The notes below the pieces were generated by a model. That model ran no database searches and was not told the origin of the DNA. It was given only the letters and a program-made list of their open reading frames with translations. A program made the position numbers and the translations under genes. 61,445 nt of DNA from contig JAJHRL010000001.1 in assembly GCA_020832825.1 (NCBI GenBank), positions 1-61,445 on the forward strand. The letters run 5' to 3'. This document shows, one piece after another, positions 33,228 through 43,223 of the stretch; the first letter of the stretch is position 1; every line of letters starts with the position of its first letter. This DNA is from Candidatus Aenigmatarchaeota archaeon. GTDB taxonomy: Archaea; Aenigmatarchaeota; Aenigmatarchaeia; CG10238-14; SpSt-28.

Positions 33228-33978
33228 CTTTTATCACATTTCCATGAATTTCTAGGAGCGCTGCTTTCCCGTTGTAGACACGCGTAGAGCTTATTGTTAC
33301 AACTTTTCCTCCATGTTCCTCAAAAACACCATTAATAGCTTTTTGAGGTTGATGAGCTCTTATTAGTTTATTTGCCGATAATAAACTTAGAACTTTATCC
33401 GTAATGTCCTTACCGAAGAGAACTCCAGCCCCCCTAGGGTTAGGATATTCACCATATCCCTCAAACGGATCACTCCATAATATATCCTCCTCTATCTCTT
33501 TACTTGGAAACATTAAATCTTCTAAACTTTTTACCTTTGATGAAATCCCACCATGTACAAATAGTATTGACCTGTATTTTGCTGCTATTGGCAAAGAGCT
33601 AAAAAACTGGCTAAGATTTCTCTTAAAATACTCATGCCAAGTACCTCTTTTACTAACGACTTCATGTATTAAATCAGAAGGTCTAAACTTAGGATTACCG
33701 TTTTCGTCATAATCTTCATGATTACCTTTTAATGCGACAACCTTTGTTGGATGCTTTTCAATTAATTCTTTTAATCCCTCTATAACTTCTAATCCATAAT
33801 CGCCCCTATCAGCATAATCTCCAAGAAATAGCAGAAGAACATCGGAGGATTTTCTCCATTCTTCATTCACAATTTTTACTATTTCTTGAAAAACACTCAG
33901 ATCTCCATGTATGTCTCCAACAACGAAAAGTTTTTCGCAATTTATTACCTCAACTAGCTTCCCATTCTTTTTTATCAT
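33211..33978 (-). CDS. PPP-family Ser/Thr (metallo)phosphatase
   Basis: GDIHGD, GDYADRG and GNHE motifs in order. Confidence 0.88.
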   Translation of the reverse strand: MIKKNGKLVEVINCEKLFVVGDIHGDLSVFQEIVKIVNEEWRKSSDVLLLFLGDYADRGDYGLEVIEGLKELIEKHPTKVVALKGNHEDYDENGNPKFRPSDLIHEVVSKRGTWHEYFKRNLSQFFSSLPIAAKYRSILFVHGGISSKVKSLEDLMFPSKEIEEDILWSDPFEGYGEYPNPRGAGVLFGKDITDKVLSLLSANKLIRAHQPQKAINGVFEEHGGKVVTISSTRVYNGKAALLEIHGNVIKVRHIL

Positions 33979-33993
33979 TATTGTAATTTACCG

Positions 33994-35268
33994 CTACGGA
34001 TAAATTCTAGTTCTGGTTCTTGGAAACATTGTTACTTCTTGGATGTTTTCCTTACCACAAATCTTCATTGTTAATCTTTCTAGTCCAATGCTCCATCCTG
34101 CATGAGGAGGGGCCCCGTATCTGAATGCGTTTATGTAGTATTTAAAATCAGCTGGGTTTAACCCCTTTTCTTTGATTCTCTCTTCTAAGAGATTTGGCAA
34201 ATGTATTCGTTGAGTTCCAGAAGAAACTTCTAAACCTCTATAGATTAGGTCAAAAGCTTTTACCAATTTCGGATTATCTTCTCGCGGCATAGCATAGAAT
34301 GGTTTTAATTCTTGTGGCCAATCTTTTAGGATGAATGCATCTCCAAATATTTTTCCTAGCTTCTTTTCTTGTGTTTTCGAGAAATCTTCTCCAAACTCAA
34401 TTTTTTCCCCTTCCTCCTTAAGTGCCTTTATCGCCTCTTCGTACTTTACTCTCCTCAAAGGTAGAGATGGAATCGAAAGCTCTTGATTTAGAATTTTTAA
34501 TTCTTGTTTACAATTTTCCCTAACATTCCTCAAAATATAAACGAAAACTCCTTCTAACTCTTTTATTGCTTCCTCATCATCAGCAAAAGCCATTTCTATA
34601 TCCATCTGTCTAATTTCATTTAAGTGTGTTGGTTGATCAAACTTTTCCGCACGAAAGACGGGAACTATCATAAACACTTTTTCAAACGATATGGCACCCA
34701 TTTGCTTGTAAAGTTGCGGGGACTGAGCAAGATAGGCTTTTTTCTCGAAATAAGACAATTCAAAAAGTTCTGCCCCTCCCTCACTTGCCGAACTAATTAT
34801 TATCGGAGGTTGCATTTCTATAAATCCCTTGCTAAGGAAGTACTCCCTAAAAGACCTAATTATCTCCGTTTGGATCCTAAAAATTGCTCTTCCTTCTTGG
34901 GTTCTAAAGTACAAGAACCTCCAGTCTAGCTTCGTTTCCAAATTAGTTTTCGTTACCTCTCGAGGATCCAATGGTAGTTGAGGCTCTGACTTATTTATTA
35001 TACTTATTTTCTTGGCTTCAACTTCATACTTAAACTTTTCAGATCTAGATCTTCTTACCATTCCTTCGACTTCGATTACATCTTCCAAATGCAAACTCTT
35101 GACTAGTTCCTTGAATTTTTCGTCCTTCAAAACTATCTGAGCAAATCCATTACAATCTCTTAATATTATGAAATTGAGTTTGCCAATGAGTCGAAGGTCA
35201 TGAACCCAACCTTTTAGTAGCACATTTCTGCCTTCATTTTCCTCTAATTGGTTAGAATAGATTCTCAT
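33994..35268 (-). CDS. aspS: Aspartyl-tRNA synthetase (archaeal type)
   Basis: N-terminal OB fold, AspRS signature QSPQLYKQ, class II motifs FRAE and GLERL. Confidence 0.88.
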   Translation of the reverse strand: MRIYSNQLEENEGRNVLLKGWVHDLRLIGKLNFIILRDCNGFAQIVLKDEKFKELVKSLHLEDVIEVEGMVRRSRSEKFKYEVEAKKISIINKSEPQLPLDPREVTKTNLETKLDWRFLYFRTQEGRAIFRIQTEIIRSFREYFLSKGFIEMQPPIIISSASEGGAELFELSYFEKKAYLAQSPQLYKQMGAISFEKVFMIVPVFRAEKFDQPTHLNEIRQMDIEMAFADDEEAIKELEGVFVYILRNVRENCKQELKILNQELSIPSLPLRRVKYEEAIKALKEEGEKIEFGEDFSKTQEKKLGKIFGDAFILKDWPQELKPFYAMPREDNPKLVKAFDLIYRGLEVSSGTQRIHLPNLLEERIKEKGLNPADFKYYINAFRYGAPPHAGWSIGLERLTMKICGKENIQEVTMFPRTRTRIYP

Positions 35269-35306
35269 TTCATCTTATTTGCTGTGATATTTTTTATGTT
35301 TGATTA

Positions 35307-36377
35307 CTATTTTATGAAAGCGTAAAAAACAATACAGCCAAGTGGCAATAAAAGATTTTCATACTTTCTCAGAACACTCTCTAACAGCGTTGAAAAAATT
35401 GATAATAGAAAAGATGTTTCGAAGCTGAAAAAGAAAAGTAAAGCTATGAAAGTTGAAGCAAAGAATGTTAGACTTCCCTCCACCGATTTAATTTTATTGT
35501 AAGGTAGTTTGTGAGAACCAAATCTATAACCAATTAATCCGGCTAAGGCATCACCAATTATTAGAGGTAAACTTCCAGCTAAGAAAAAGTCTAACGAGAA
35601 AAGCAATAATATACATAGGGAAAAACCGAATAGAAACGGTTCTATCAAGAATCCTTTTTCTTCCTTTTTCTTACAAAACATTGAAATATCACAAAAGATT
35701 GGTAAACAAATTCTCCTTAACCTTAAGATTTCAGATGCGAAAAACATTGCTGTCAAAAGTGCTGTGAAGCTAAAAACATATTTTACCTCGATGCTTAAGC
35801 GAAGGAGAATTATGAATACGCCTCCAAGATGAATAAATTTTCTAAAGTAAAAATGCAAAGACTTCTTACGGGTTTTAATCACTTTGAAAAAATAGTACCA
35901 GATTAGTGAGAGCATTACTCCAATTGCGCTACCACCAATTATGTCAGAAAGGGTATGCACCTGCAAGGCAAGTCTAGAGTAGCAGACAAGAAGAGCAAGG
36001 AGCAACATAGGTAAATAAATGTGTGGTCTTCTTTTGAATTTTAGAAAAACTACTGTAAAAAACGCGAAAGCTATTGAGGCGTGACCTGAAGGGAAGGCAT
36101 AAGTTTGAGGACAGTAGGCTAAAGCTACACATGCTCTCGGTACTTTAAAAATTAGTTTTAGGAAAAAAGAAGATAGGTAAGAGAGTAGAACAGCTGGTAA
36201 AAGATAATGCAAAATCCACACGTGCTTTCTCTTTTCTTTCTTCTCTAGAAATGGATAAATGAATGAAAAAGAAATAGCAAAGCCGAGCCAGTATGCAATA
36301 TCTCCAAAATAACTTAAAAGAACCCAGAGATATGTAATCGGTTCCATTCTTAAAATTGGGCTTCGAAAATAAATCAA
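35307..36377 (-). CDS. Membrane fusion protein: PAP2 phosphatase domain plus dolichol-kinase/CTP-transferase-1-like domain
   Basis: N-terminal half carries PAP2 motifs KLIFKVPRA, PSGHAS, SRLALQVHTLSD. C-terminal half carries IIGDALAGLIGYRFGSHKL..KSVEGSLTFF, typical of the dolichol/polyprenol kinase-CDS family. Start uncertain (alternative Met at 36347). Confidence 0.65.
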   Translation of the reverse strand: MIYFRSPILRMEPITYLWVLLSYFGDIAYWLGFAISFSFIYPFLEKKEKRKHVWILHYLLPAVLLSYLSSFFLKLIFKVPRACVALAYCPQTYAFPSGHASIAFAFFTVVFLKFKRRPHIYLPMLLLALLVCYSRLALQVHTLSDIIGGSAIGVMLSLIWYYFFKVIKTRKKSLHFYFRKFIHLGGVFIILLRLSIEVKYVFSFTALLTAMFFASEILRLRRICLPIFCDISMFCKKKEEKGFLIEPFLFGFSLCILLLFSLDFFLAGSLPLIIGDALAGLIGYRFGSHKLPYNKIKSVEGSLTFFASTFIALLFFFSFETSFLLSIFSTLLESVLRKYENLLLPLGCIVFYAFIK

Positions 36378-36416
36378 CCAAGCTCTTTAATTTTAATCTT
36401 CAGACTTAATATTTTA

Positions 36417-37832
36417 ATGGAAGGAATCAAACCAGAGAGACTTCCTCCTAGGGAAAACTTTATAGAATGGTATAACAGCTTATTACAATTAGCTGAAATT
36501 GCAGATAGAAGATATCCTATAAAGGGAACTTTTGTATGGATGCCTTATGGCCTTAAAATAATGAGGAAACTGATAGAGATATGGGATAGAATTTTTGAGG
36601 AGAATGGAATAGAAGAGGTTTATTTTCCTCTTTTTGTTCCACTAGAGTTTGCGAAGATTAATGAAGAATGGTTTGAGGGATTTAAAGCTGATGCATTTTA
36701 TGTCGAAGGAGAGAACGTTATTCTAAGGCCCACAGGAGAACCGGCTATGTATCCTATTTTTAAATACTGGATAATGGAAGGAAGATTACCAATAAAAATT
36801 TACCAAACTGTTTCTTCTTTTAGGAATGAAGGAAAGACTACTCATACTATGATTAGAGATAGAGAGATCACATTTTGGCATGAGATTCATACTGTTCATA
36901 AAACCAAGGAAGAGGCTAAAGAAGAAATGGAAAGACACAGAAAGATTTACGAGTACATATGGAAGGAAATACTAAACATACCTCCAATCTGTGTAGAGAA
37001 ACCAAAGTATGAAATTTTTCCTGGAGCAGATTCTGCTTACGAGTTTTACATCATTTTACCAAATGGAAGGTTGTTAGAGAACGGAAGTATTAATAATCTA
37101 GGGCAAGCATATGCTAGGAAGTTTGATTTGTTTTATGTGGACGAAAAAGGAAACAAACAATACGTTTGGCAGGTGTGCACAGGCAATGGTGCAAGGTTTT
37201 TAGTAGCAGTATTTGCTTTACATGGAGATGAAAGAGGTCTGGTTCTACCACCAAAACTAGCACCAATCCAAGCTGTTATAATTACGATCCCAAAAGAAGG
37301 AAAAAATTACTTGGAAGAGGCAAAGGAATTAAAGAAAAGATTAGAAAATGTTGGAATTAAAACATTTGTTGATGAAAGTGAAAAAACTCCTGGAGAGAAA
37401 TTTAACATTTGGGATATAAAGGGAGTTCCAATAAGAATAGAAATTGGAGAAAAAGAGATTGAGGGAGGTTTTTACTCAATCTATAGGAGAGATTTAAAAG
37501 AAAGGATAAAAGTTAACAAAGAGGAAGTAGAAAAAGTGGTGAAAAGCCTTCTAGAGGATGCCATTCCGAGAAACTTATACAGAAAGGTAGAAACTCATTA
37601 TCAAGAAAAAATAAAATACTTCGATAACATAGAAGAGGCAAAAAGATGGATAGAAGAAGGAAACGTTGTAAAGACTAACTGGTGTGGTAAAAGAGAATGC
37701 TTTGAAGAAATTAAAAGACTAGGACCTTCTATTGAAGCTGTAGGACTTCTAATTGATGAAAGAAAAGATGGAAAATGTATAGTTTGTGGAGAGTCAACGA
37801 ATAGATTGACGTTGATCGGTAAGACGTATTAA
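36417..37832 (+). CDS. proS: Prolyl-tRNA synthetase (archaeal/eukaryotic type)
   Basis: FIEWYN..AEI.D, SSFRNE, and a C-terminal zinc-binding domain (CIVCGE). Confidence 0.92.
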   Translation: MEGIKPERLPPRENFIEWYNSLLQLAEIADRRYPIKGTFVWMPYGLKIMRKLIEIWDRIFEENGIEEVYFPLFVPLEFAKINEEWFEGFKADAFYVEGENVILRPTGEPAMYPIFKYWIMEGRLPIKIYQTVSSFRNEGKTTHTMIRDREITFWHEIHTVHKTKEEAKEEMERHRKIYEYIWKEILNIPPICVEKPKYEIFPGADSAYEFYIILPNGRLLENGSINNLGQAYARKFDLFYVDEKGNKQYVWQVCTGNGARFLVAVFALHGDERGLVLPPKLAPIQAVIITIPKEGKNYLEEAKELKKRLENVGIKTFVDESEKTPGEKFNIWDIKGVPIRIEIGEKEIEGGFYSIYRRDLKERIKVNKEEVEKVVKSLLEDAIPRNLYRKVETHYQEKIKYFDNIEEAKRWIEEGNVVKTNWCGKRECFEEIKRLGPSIEAVGLLIDERKDGKCIVCGESTNRLTLIGKTY

Positions 37833-40285
37833 TGTTTTGAATTCTTTAGCCACATTCCCAATCCAGGAGTTTTAGGCTTTAATATATTTTCTTCTGTGTA
37901 ACCAAGAGCTTTAAGCACCCTTAGCGCAGCAGGCAAGATCTGATGTTTTATGTAATAATCAGCATCGTAATCGTTCCTTGTTACGAACTCGACTGGCATT
38001 GCTCTATCAGAAATACTTCCGCTGCCTTTTGTTATTACAAAAGCTATAATTGAACCTTCGGTGACTATTTTTCCTTTTTCTCTTGCTTTCATTGCTGCTT
38101 TTACATGCGGACCAATTTGTTCATATTGATTTAAAGGTTTTGTTATTTGTTCATAGATGGTTAACTCTTCAATATCCACTTTACCTTCTTTAAGTCTTTT
38201 AATGGTTTCTGTAACAAACTGAACAGCTTTTTCAGGATCTTTTTCTTTTAAAACTATTTCCAGAACTTTTCTTTGAGTTTCTTTTGCTAGTTTACACCAA
38301 TCCCTCCTCACAGTTTCAAATCCTCTTATTTCTAAATTCCCACTCAAATCTAGCAACGCATATCTTTTCTTTGCACCACTTTCACCTTTTTCTCTTGCAA
38401 CGAAGATTCCTCGTGTATATACTCCTCTAAATTCTAGTTCTATAATTCCAGGCAATTCTTTGTTAACCTTTTCTACAAACTTTTTTGCCTCTTCTTCTAT
38501 CTCTTTCAAGTTTAATCCTTCTTTTTTCACGAAAATACTATCAGTATCACCATAGATAATTTCTAGTCCAGCTTCTTGTGCCATCTGCATAATTTTTCTA
38601 ATATAAAATCTCCCCCATGCGGCGGTTGCTTCTCCGCATTCTTTCTTATACCATCTAGCTCCTACAAAACCGAAATAGCCATACATAGCATTGCTAATTA
38701 TCTTTGTTGCATATTGTTCATTATCCAAAATTTTATATTGAGGAGAATTTTTTGGAAGCTTTTTCATTTTTTCTTTTAGCTCTTTTCTTCTATCAATCAA
38801 AAATTTCAAGTGTTTTGGAATAAAACCAACTTTTTTTATGCAAAAATGATTCCTTGTTTCAGGTGCTGTATTTTTTTCTTTACATTCTTCATGTCCACAA
38901 TTTAACAGTTCAGGGGAAATGGAGTGAGAAATAATAATTGTTGGATAAAGTGATCTAAAGTCCATTACGGCAATGTTTTCATGTATTCCTTTCTTAGGCT
39001 CAACTACCACTGCACCCTTGTATGGCAACTCTCTCATTCTACTTTCTTTTTCTTCAGTTTTTGGAGAATTTGGTATTAGCACGTTATCTTCAACAGCTTT
39101 TTTCATTAAATAAGCTTCAACGAGCTGAGAATAAGTGTATCGAGAAGTGTCAAAAGGAATTTCTCCAACTAACCTTGAGAGAGAAAAAATTTGTGGTAAA
39201 AGTATTTGACTAAGTAAATAAGTTAGATGCGCATCCCACATGCTATATTCTGCTATTCTATTTAACTCCTTTCTTTCTTTCCAAAACTCAACCATTTGTT
39301 TGTATTCTAACTCTTTTTTACCTTCTCCAATTAGTTCGCTTGCCACTTCATCTAACGTTAGTATTTCGCTCTTCAAGCTAGCGGATAAAATCTTGTCAAC
39401 AAAAACGTATTCATCTATATGAACTACACCAAAACATCTCGCTGCAGACGCTCTACCTCTTCTAACGAATTCAAGTTCTTTGCCATCTATTCCAAAACCG
39501 AACTTTATTTTTAGCTGCTTAGCTTTTTCTCTCAGCTTTAAAAAATCAAATCCATCACCATTATAAGTTACAATTATATCTGGCCTTTCTTGCTTTACTA
39601 TTTCCAAAAATCTTTTGATTAACCTCTCTTCACTCGCATAGCTTTCAACGAATTCTTGCTTTCCTTGCCATTCACTTAAAGCCAAAACTTTTCTCAACTT
39701 CTCCGAGGCTAGACTTATCATTATGAGTTTTTCCTTATCTTCTATTTCTACCCATTCAGTATCTACAGCCAAAACTTTAATTTGTGGTTCTTCGTTTTCA
39801 TCAAGTTGTTTTATTTCCTTTGCTTCTATCGTTAAATCAACATCAAATTTGTTTTCAACTATATTGCCTTCAACTTCAATCCAGCTACACGGTTTTATTC
39901 TATAATCCATTAGAAACCTTTTGTAGAAAGAAATATTATACTCGAATGTATTTTCTACTTCTTCCCAATCTTTTATGGCGTCTCTAACATCTTTTAATTT
40001 TCTCGGATTTTGAATGGTTATTTTTACCAATCTTCTTTCATTTCCCATCCAATTCTTTGTAATTATATCAACAGAAAGAATTTTTGTTGGCAAGTTTTTC
40101 AAGCTTTCAATTTTTTGCTTCAATATTTCTTCTTTTCCCTCTTTCGGCATTGCAAAGAAGTAGGTGTAGAATTCTTTTTTTACAAGAATTCTTTTTCCCT
40201 CCTTATTTTTACCAAATAAGAAAATTACTCCTCTTTCGTTTTCTACATCGTAATCAACATCAAGTAGAAAAACTTTCTCTCTCAT
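37829..40285 (-). CDS. polB: Family B DNA polymerase
   Basis: Exo I LAVDTEW, motif A DFRSLYPTII, motif C YGDTDS, KKRYA. No intein-sized insertions. Confidence 0.95.
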   Translation of the reverse strand: MREKVFLLDVDYDVENERGVIFLFGKNKEGKRILVKKEFYTYFFAMPKEGKEEILKQKIESLKNLPTKILSVDIITKNWMGNERRLVKITIQNPRKLKDVRDAIKDWEEVENTFEYNISFYKRFLMDYRIKPCSWIEVEGNIVENKFDVDLTIEAKEIKQLDENEEPQIKVLAVDTEWVEIEDKEKLIMISLASEKLRKVLALSEWQGKQEFVESYASEERLIKRFLEIVKQERPDIIVTYNGDGFDFLKLREKAKQLKIKFGFGIDGKELEFVRRGRASAARCFGVVHIDEYVFVDKILSASLKSEILTLDEVASELIGEGKKELEYKQMVEFWKERKELNRIAEYSMWDAHLTYLLSQILLPQIFSLSRLVGEIPFDTSRYTYSQLVEAYLMKKAVEDNVLIPNSPKTEEKESRMRELPYKGAVVVEPKKGIHENIAVMDFRSLYPTIIISHSISPELLNCGHEECKEKNTAPETRNHFCIKKVGFIPKHLKFLIDRRKELKEKMKKLPKNSPQYKILDNEQYATKIISNAMYGYFGFVGARWYKKECGEATAAWGRFYIRKIMQMAQEAGLEIIYGDTDSIFVKKEGLNLKEIEEEAKKFVEKVNKELPGIIELEFRGVYTRGIFVAREKGESGAKKRYALLDLSGNLEIRGFETVRRDWCKLAKETQRKVLEIVLKEKDPEKAVQFVTETIKRLKEGKVDIEELTIYEQITKPLNQYEQIGPHVKAAMKAREKGKIVTEGSIIAFVITKGSGSISDRAMPVEFVTRNDYDADYYIKHQILPAALRVLKALGYTEENILKPKTPGLGMWLKNSKH

Positions 40286-40300
40286 AAAGATAATTGGGTT

Positions 40301-40966
40301 TTATTGCAGTAAAATCTTTTTGTCTTTGTGCTTTGGAAATGGACAGATGCTATTAATTGGGCATTCTCTGCACAAAGGGTTAATTGGTTTGCAAATATTC
40401 TTTCCAAAATTCACAAGCAAGTTGTTAACTTTTCTCCAAAGCCTTTTTGGTAATTTTTTTCTTAGCTCTTCCTCTGTTTCTTCTGGTCTTTTTGTTTTTA
40501 CGAATTTCCAGCGATTAAAGATTCTATGCACGTGCGTATCGACAGCTATAGCCGGCTTATTAAATGCATACGCTAAAACTATATTTGCTGTTTTCCTTCC
40601 CACACCAGGTAACTCTAAAAGTTCTTCCATTTTTTCTGGAACTTTTCCGTTATATCTCTCTAATAAAACTTTCGCAAGCTTTATTAGGTTTCTGGCTTTA
40701 GTCCTATAAAAGCCAACTGGATAAATTTCATTTGCAAGTTCCATTTCACTGAAATTCAATAGATCCCTCGGCTCTTTAACCTTTTGGAAAAGTTTTCTTG
40801 AGATTTTTTCACTTTGCTCGTCTTTTGTTCTCGCACTTAAGATTGTTGCAACAAGTATTTGAAAGGGGTTGAAGTTTTCGTCCACAAATTTTTGAATCAT
40901 GCTTTTTTCTTCTAAATATTTTTCGAGAGTTCCAAAGATTTTCTCTATATTCTTCTCATTAATCAT
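40301..40966 (-). CDS. nth: Endonuclease III (HhH-GPD glycosylase)
   Basis: HhH LPGVGRKTANIVL, VDTHV, and Fe-S loop CKPINPLCRECPINSIC. Confidence 0.92.
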   Translation of the reverse strand: MINEKNIEKIFGTLEKYLEEKSMIQKFVDENFNPFQILVATILSARTKDEQSEKISRKLFQKVKEPRDLLNFSEMELANEIYPVGFYRTKARNLIKLAKVLLERYNGKVPEKMEELLELPGVGRKTANIVLAYAFNKPAIAVDTHVHRIFNRWKFVKTKRPEETEEELRKKLPKRLWRKVNNLLVNFGKNICKPINPLCRECPINSICPFPKHKDKKILLQ

Positions 40967-41079
40967 AGCGAATTTTTTGAATCGTGTTTTTAATTTTTAA
41001 AGAGTCACACAAGAATTTTAATTGGGTTGAGAAGTATGGCAAAGAAGTGTGGAAAGAAGAAAAAGGAGAAATAACTTAC

Positions 41080-42018
41080 TCATTCTTTCATCTTCTCCTT
41101 TATTTTTTCGTTCAGTCTTTTAAAATATTCCTCTACATTCACAATTCTCTTCCCTTCTTTAATTTCCTTTCTCCATGCCTCAAGAAAGAAATTCTCAAGT
41201 CCAAGAAATTCTGCAGCCGTCAAGATTTCTTTTTTCATACTTTTTCCTAATTCAAAGATGTCCATCATTTTATCTTTATAATTAATATCTCTAACAACAT
41301 GATGATCCAAAATGATTTTTTCCGCATCAGTATCTCTAATCGCTTCTTTCAAATTTTCTTTTGCGTTCAAGAAACTCTTTTCTTGCATTTTCCATCCAAC
41401 AAAGATTGTTGGATAACCATCTACTATTAAAAGTTTCGGGTTCTTCTCTTTGACGAACTTTAACGCTTCTTCATCAGCCAGGCTTTGTGCATCACTACCA
41501 AATAAAATAGAATCTTTGCCTTCTTCAATATGAACCATTATAACTTTTCCAACTTTGCTTCCGACATCGCCATGCCAAACAGCCTTTGAGAAAGATATAA
41601 AAGTATTTCCAAACTCAAATGATTTCCCATCTGCGTATTCTATTTTTGAATATCTCTTAATTTTATTTTCGAATATCTTTCCTCTAGTTTTTCCAGATTG
41701 GTTTATTTCTTCGTTTATACTTTTCGCCAATATTGTTTTCCTCTTATAAATTGAGTAGAGATCTTCATCCCAAGGATACGGATGATGGTCATAGTGATAA
41801 TGAGTCACTATTAAAACATCCGCAAGTTTACCAATCTCAATTATATTTTTCTTACATATTTCTAAGGCATCAAACTCTTCTTTCGTCGGAGATAAACCGT
41901 ATCTTCTTGGTCCTAATGCCGCAGCACCATCTATAAGTATGCTGACGTCTTTTGTTTTCACAAAAGTTGCCATGCTTCTAACTCCAAAAGAATCAAATGC
42001 TAATGGAAGTATTAACAT
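41080..42018 (-). CDS. Metallo-beta-lactamase-fold protein (UPF0282-like)
   Basis: THYHYDHH metal motif and the archaeal UPF0282-like N-terminus LAFDSFGVRSMAT. Confidence 0.7.
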   Translation of the reverse strand: MLILPLAFDSFGVRSMATFVKTKDVSILIDGAAALGPRRYGLSPTKEEFDALEICKKNIIEIGKLADVLIVTHYHYDHHPYPWDEDLYSIYKRKTILAKSINEEINQSGKTRGKIFENKIKRYSKIEYADGKSFEFGNTFISFSKAVWHGDVGSKVGKVIMVHIEEGKDSILFGSDAQSLADEEALKFVKEKNPKLLIVDGYPTIFVGWKMQEKSFLNAKENLKEAIRDTDAEKIILDHHVVRDINYKDKMMDIFELGKSMKKEILTAAEFLGLENFFLEAWRKEIKEGKRIVNVEEYFKRLNEKIKEKMKE

Positions 42019-42031
42019 CTTATCTACTTTT

Positions 42032-42661
42032 CTACTTTAAAAGATTATTTTTTCTAAGAAATTCTTCTACTATTTCTACTATTTTTATTTTTGCATCTTC
42101 TGCACTCCAATTGCTGTTATCAATAATAATATGGTAAATGGATAAGTCATTCAAATCTATTCTATACAAACTTTTATATCTTCTTTCATCTGCTTCATCT
42201 CTTCTTCTCACATTTTCTAGAGCAGTCTTATAATCTACTCCCTCTCTTTCTGCGTATCTTCTAGCTCTAACCTCTGGGGGCGGATTGTAAAAAATTCTTA
42301 ATTCAGCCCAATTGCCCGCTATATATCCTGTTAATCTTCCATCTAAAACAACACCTCCAACTATTGCTAGTTCCAAAGTTCTTTGATCTGCCATTATGTC
42401 AATTCTGTCATCTCTTTTCTCAGCAAATTCTTCTATTGGAATGCCTTCTTTTGCCGCAAGCTCTCTAAAAATAGCTCCAGTTGAGTAATACCTTAATCCA
42501 AGACCATATTTATTATTTAGGTATTCTACTATGGCTTTTGCACCGGTTGTTTTTCCAGATGAAGCACGACCAGAAATTGTTATAGTCAGTCCTGTGTGTG
42601 GATGATCTTTTGAGTATTCCTTTTCATATTCTTCAAAAAACTTAACAAATGTTTTTGACAT
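42032..42661 (-). CDS. cmk: Cytidylate kinase, archaeal type (putative)
   Basis: P-loop ISGRASSGKTT, STGAIFRELA, and the NMP-kinase fold pattern. Confidence 0.7.
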   Translation of the reverse strand: MSKTFVKFFEEYEKEYSKDHPHTGLTITISGRASSGKTTGAKAIVEYLNNKYGLGLRYYSTGAIFRELAAKEGIPIEEFAEKRDDRIDIMADQRTLELAIVGGVVLDGRLTGYIAGNWAELRIFYNPPPEVRARRYAEREGVDYKTALENVRRRDEADERRYKSLYRIDLNDLSIYHIIIDNSNWSAEDAKIKIVEIVEEFLRKNNLLK

Positions 42662-42705
42662 ATCAAAGTGTGTTAATTTTAATATTTAAACGTTTTTACT
42701 GAGTC

Positions 42706-43026
42706 TCAACTTATCAATTTTATTTCAACGTGTATATCTTGAGGAATTCCAATCCTTAAAATTTGCTTTAATGTTCTCTCATCGGCTTGAACATCAACAA
42801 TTCTTTTATGAATTCTCATTTCAAACTTATCATAAGTTGCATTTCCATGTCCTGTGCCATCTCCGCATGGTGTTTTCAGCGTGGTTATCCTTAGTATTTT
42901 TGTGGGTAATGGTATAGGCCCTTTATGAGCTACTCCAAATTTTTTCGCTATCTCGATTATTTCTCTAGCTATTTCATCTAATTTTTTCGGATCTCTTCCA
43001 ACTAGTTTTATTCGTGCAATTTGCAT
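42706..43026 (-). CDS. rps10: Ribosomal protein S10
   Basis: ARIKL.G.D...LD, GPIPLPT, H.R.I motifs. Follows tuf as in the archaeal str cluster. Confidence 0.93.
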   Translation of the reverse strand: MQIARIKLVGRDPKKLDEIAREIIEIAKKFGVAHKGPIPLPTKILRITTLKTPCGDGTGHGNATYDKFEMRIHKRIVDVQADERTLKQILRIGIPQDIHVEIKLIS

Positions 43027-43223
43027 TTTTCACACCGTATGTATAGTTATCTGGCTTCGAATTTTTAAGTTTTCACCTTCCTTAAAGTTGGGTGGATATA
43101 AAGTGCAGAAGTATAAAAGAGAACCAACTAACAAATTTTTTATACTCGAGAATTTTATTGCCTGTAGAATCTCTACTACAAGAGAATATTCAAGAGAAAA
43201 GAGACAAAAAATAAGAGAAAAGA

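Noticed and set aside
37829-40285. Inteins or other large insertions in PolB, and likewise in RpoA', RpoA'', EF-2 and the ligase
   Set aside because: Lengths and motif spacing are those of intein-free proteins. No C/S...HN-C/S/T splice-junction blocks were seen.
40984-41250. 88-aa + ORF between nth and the MBL-fold gene
   Set aside because: It overlaps the 3' end of the MBL-fold gene antisense and the nth promoter region, with a low-complexity F/K-rich sequence.
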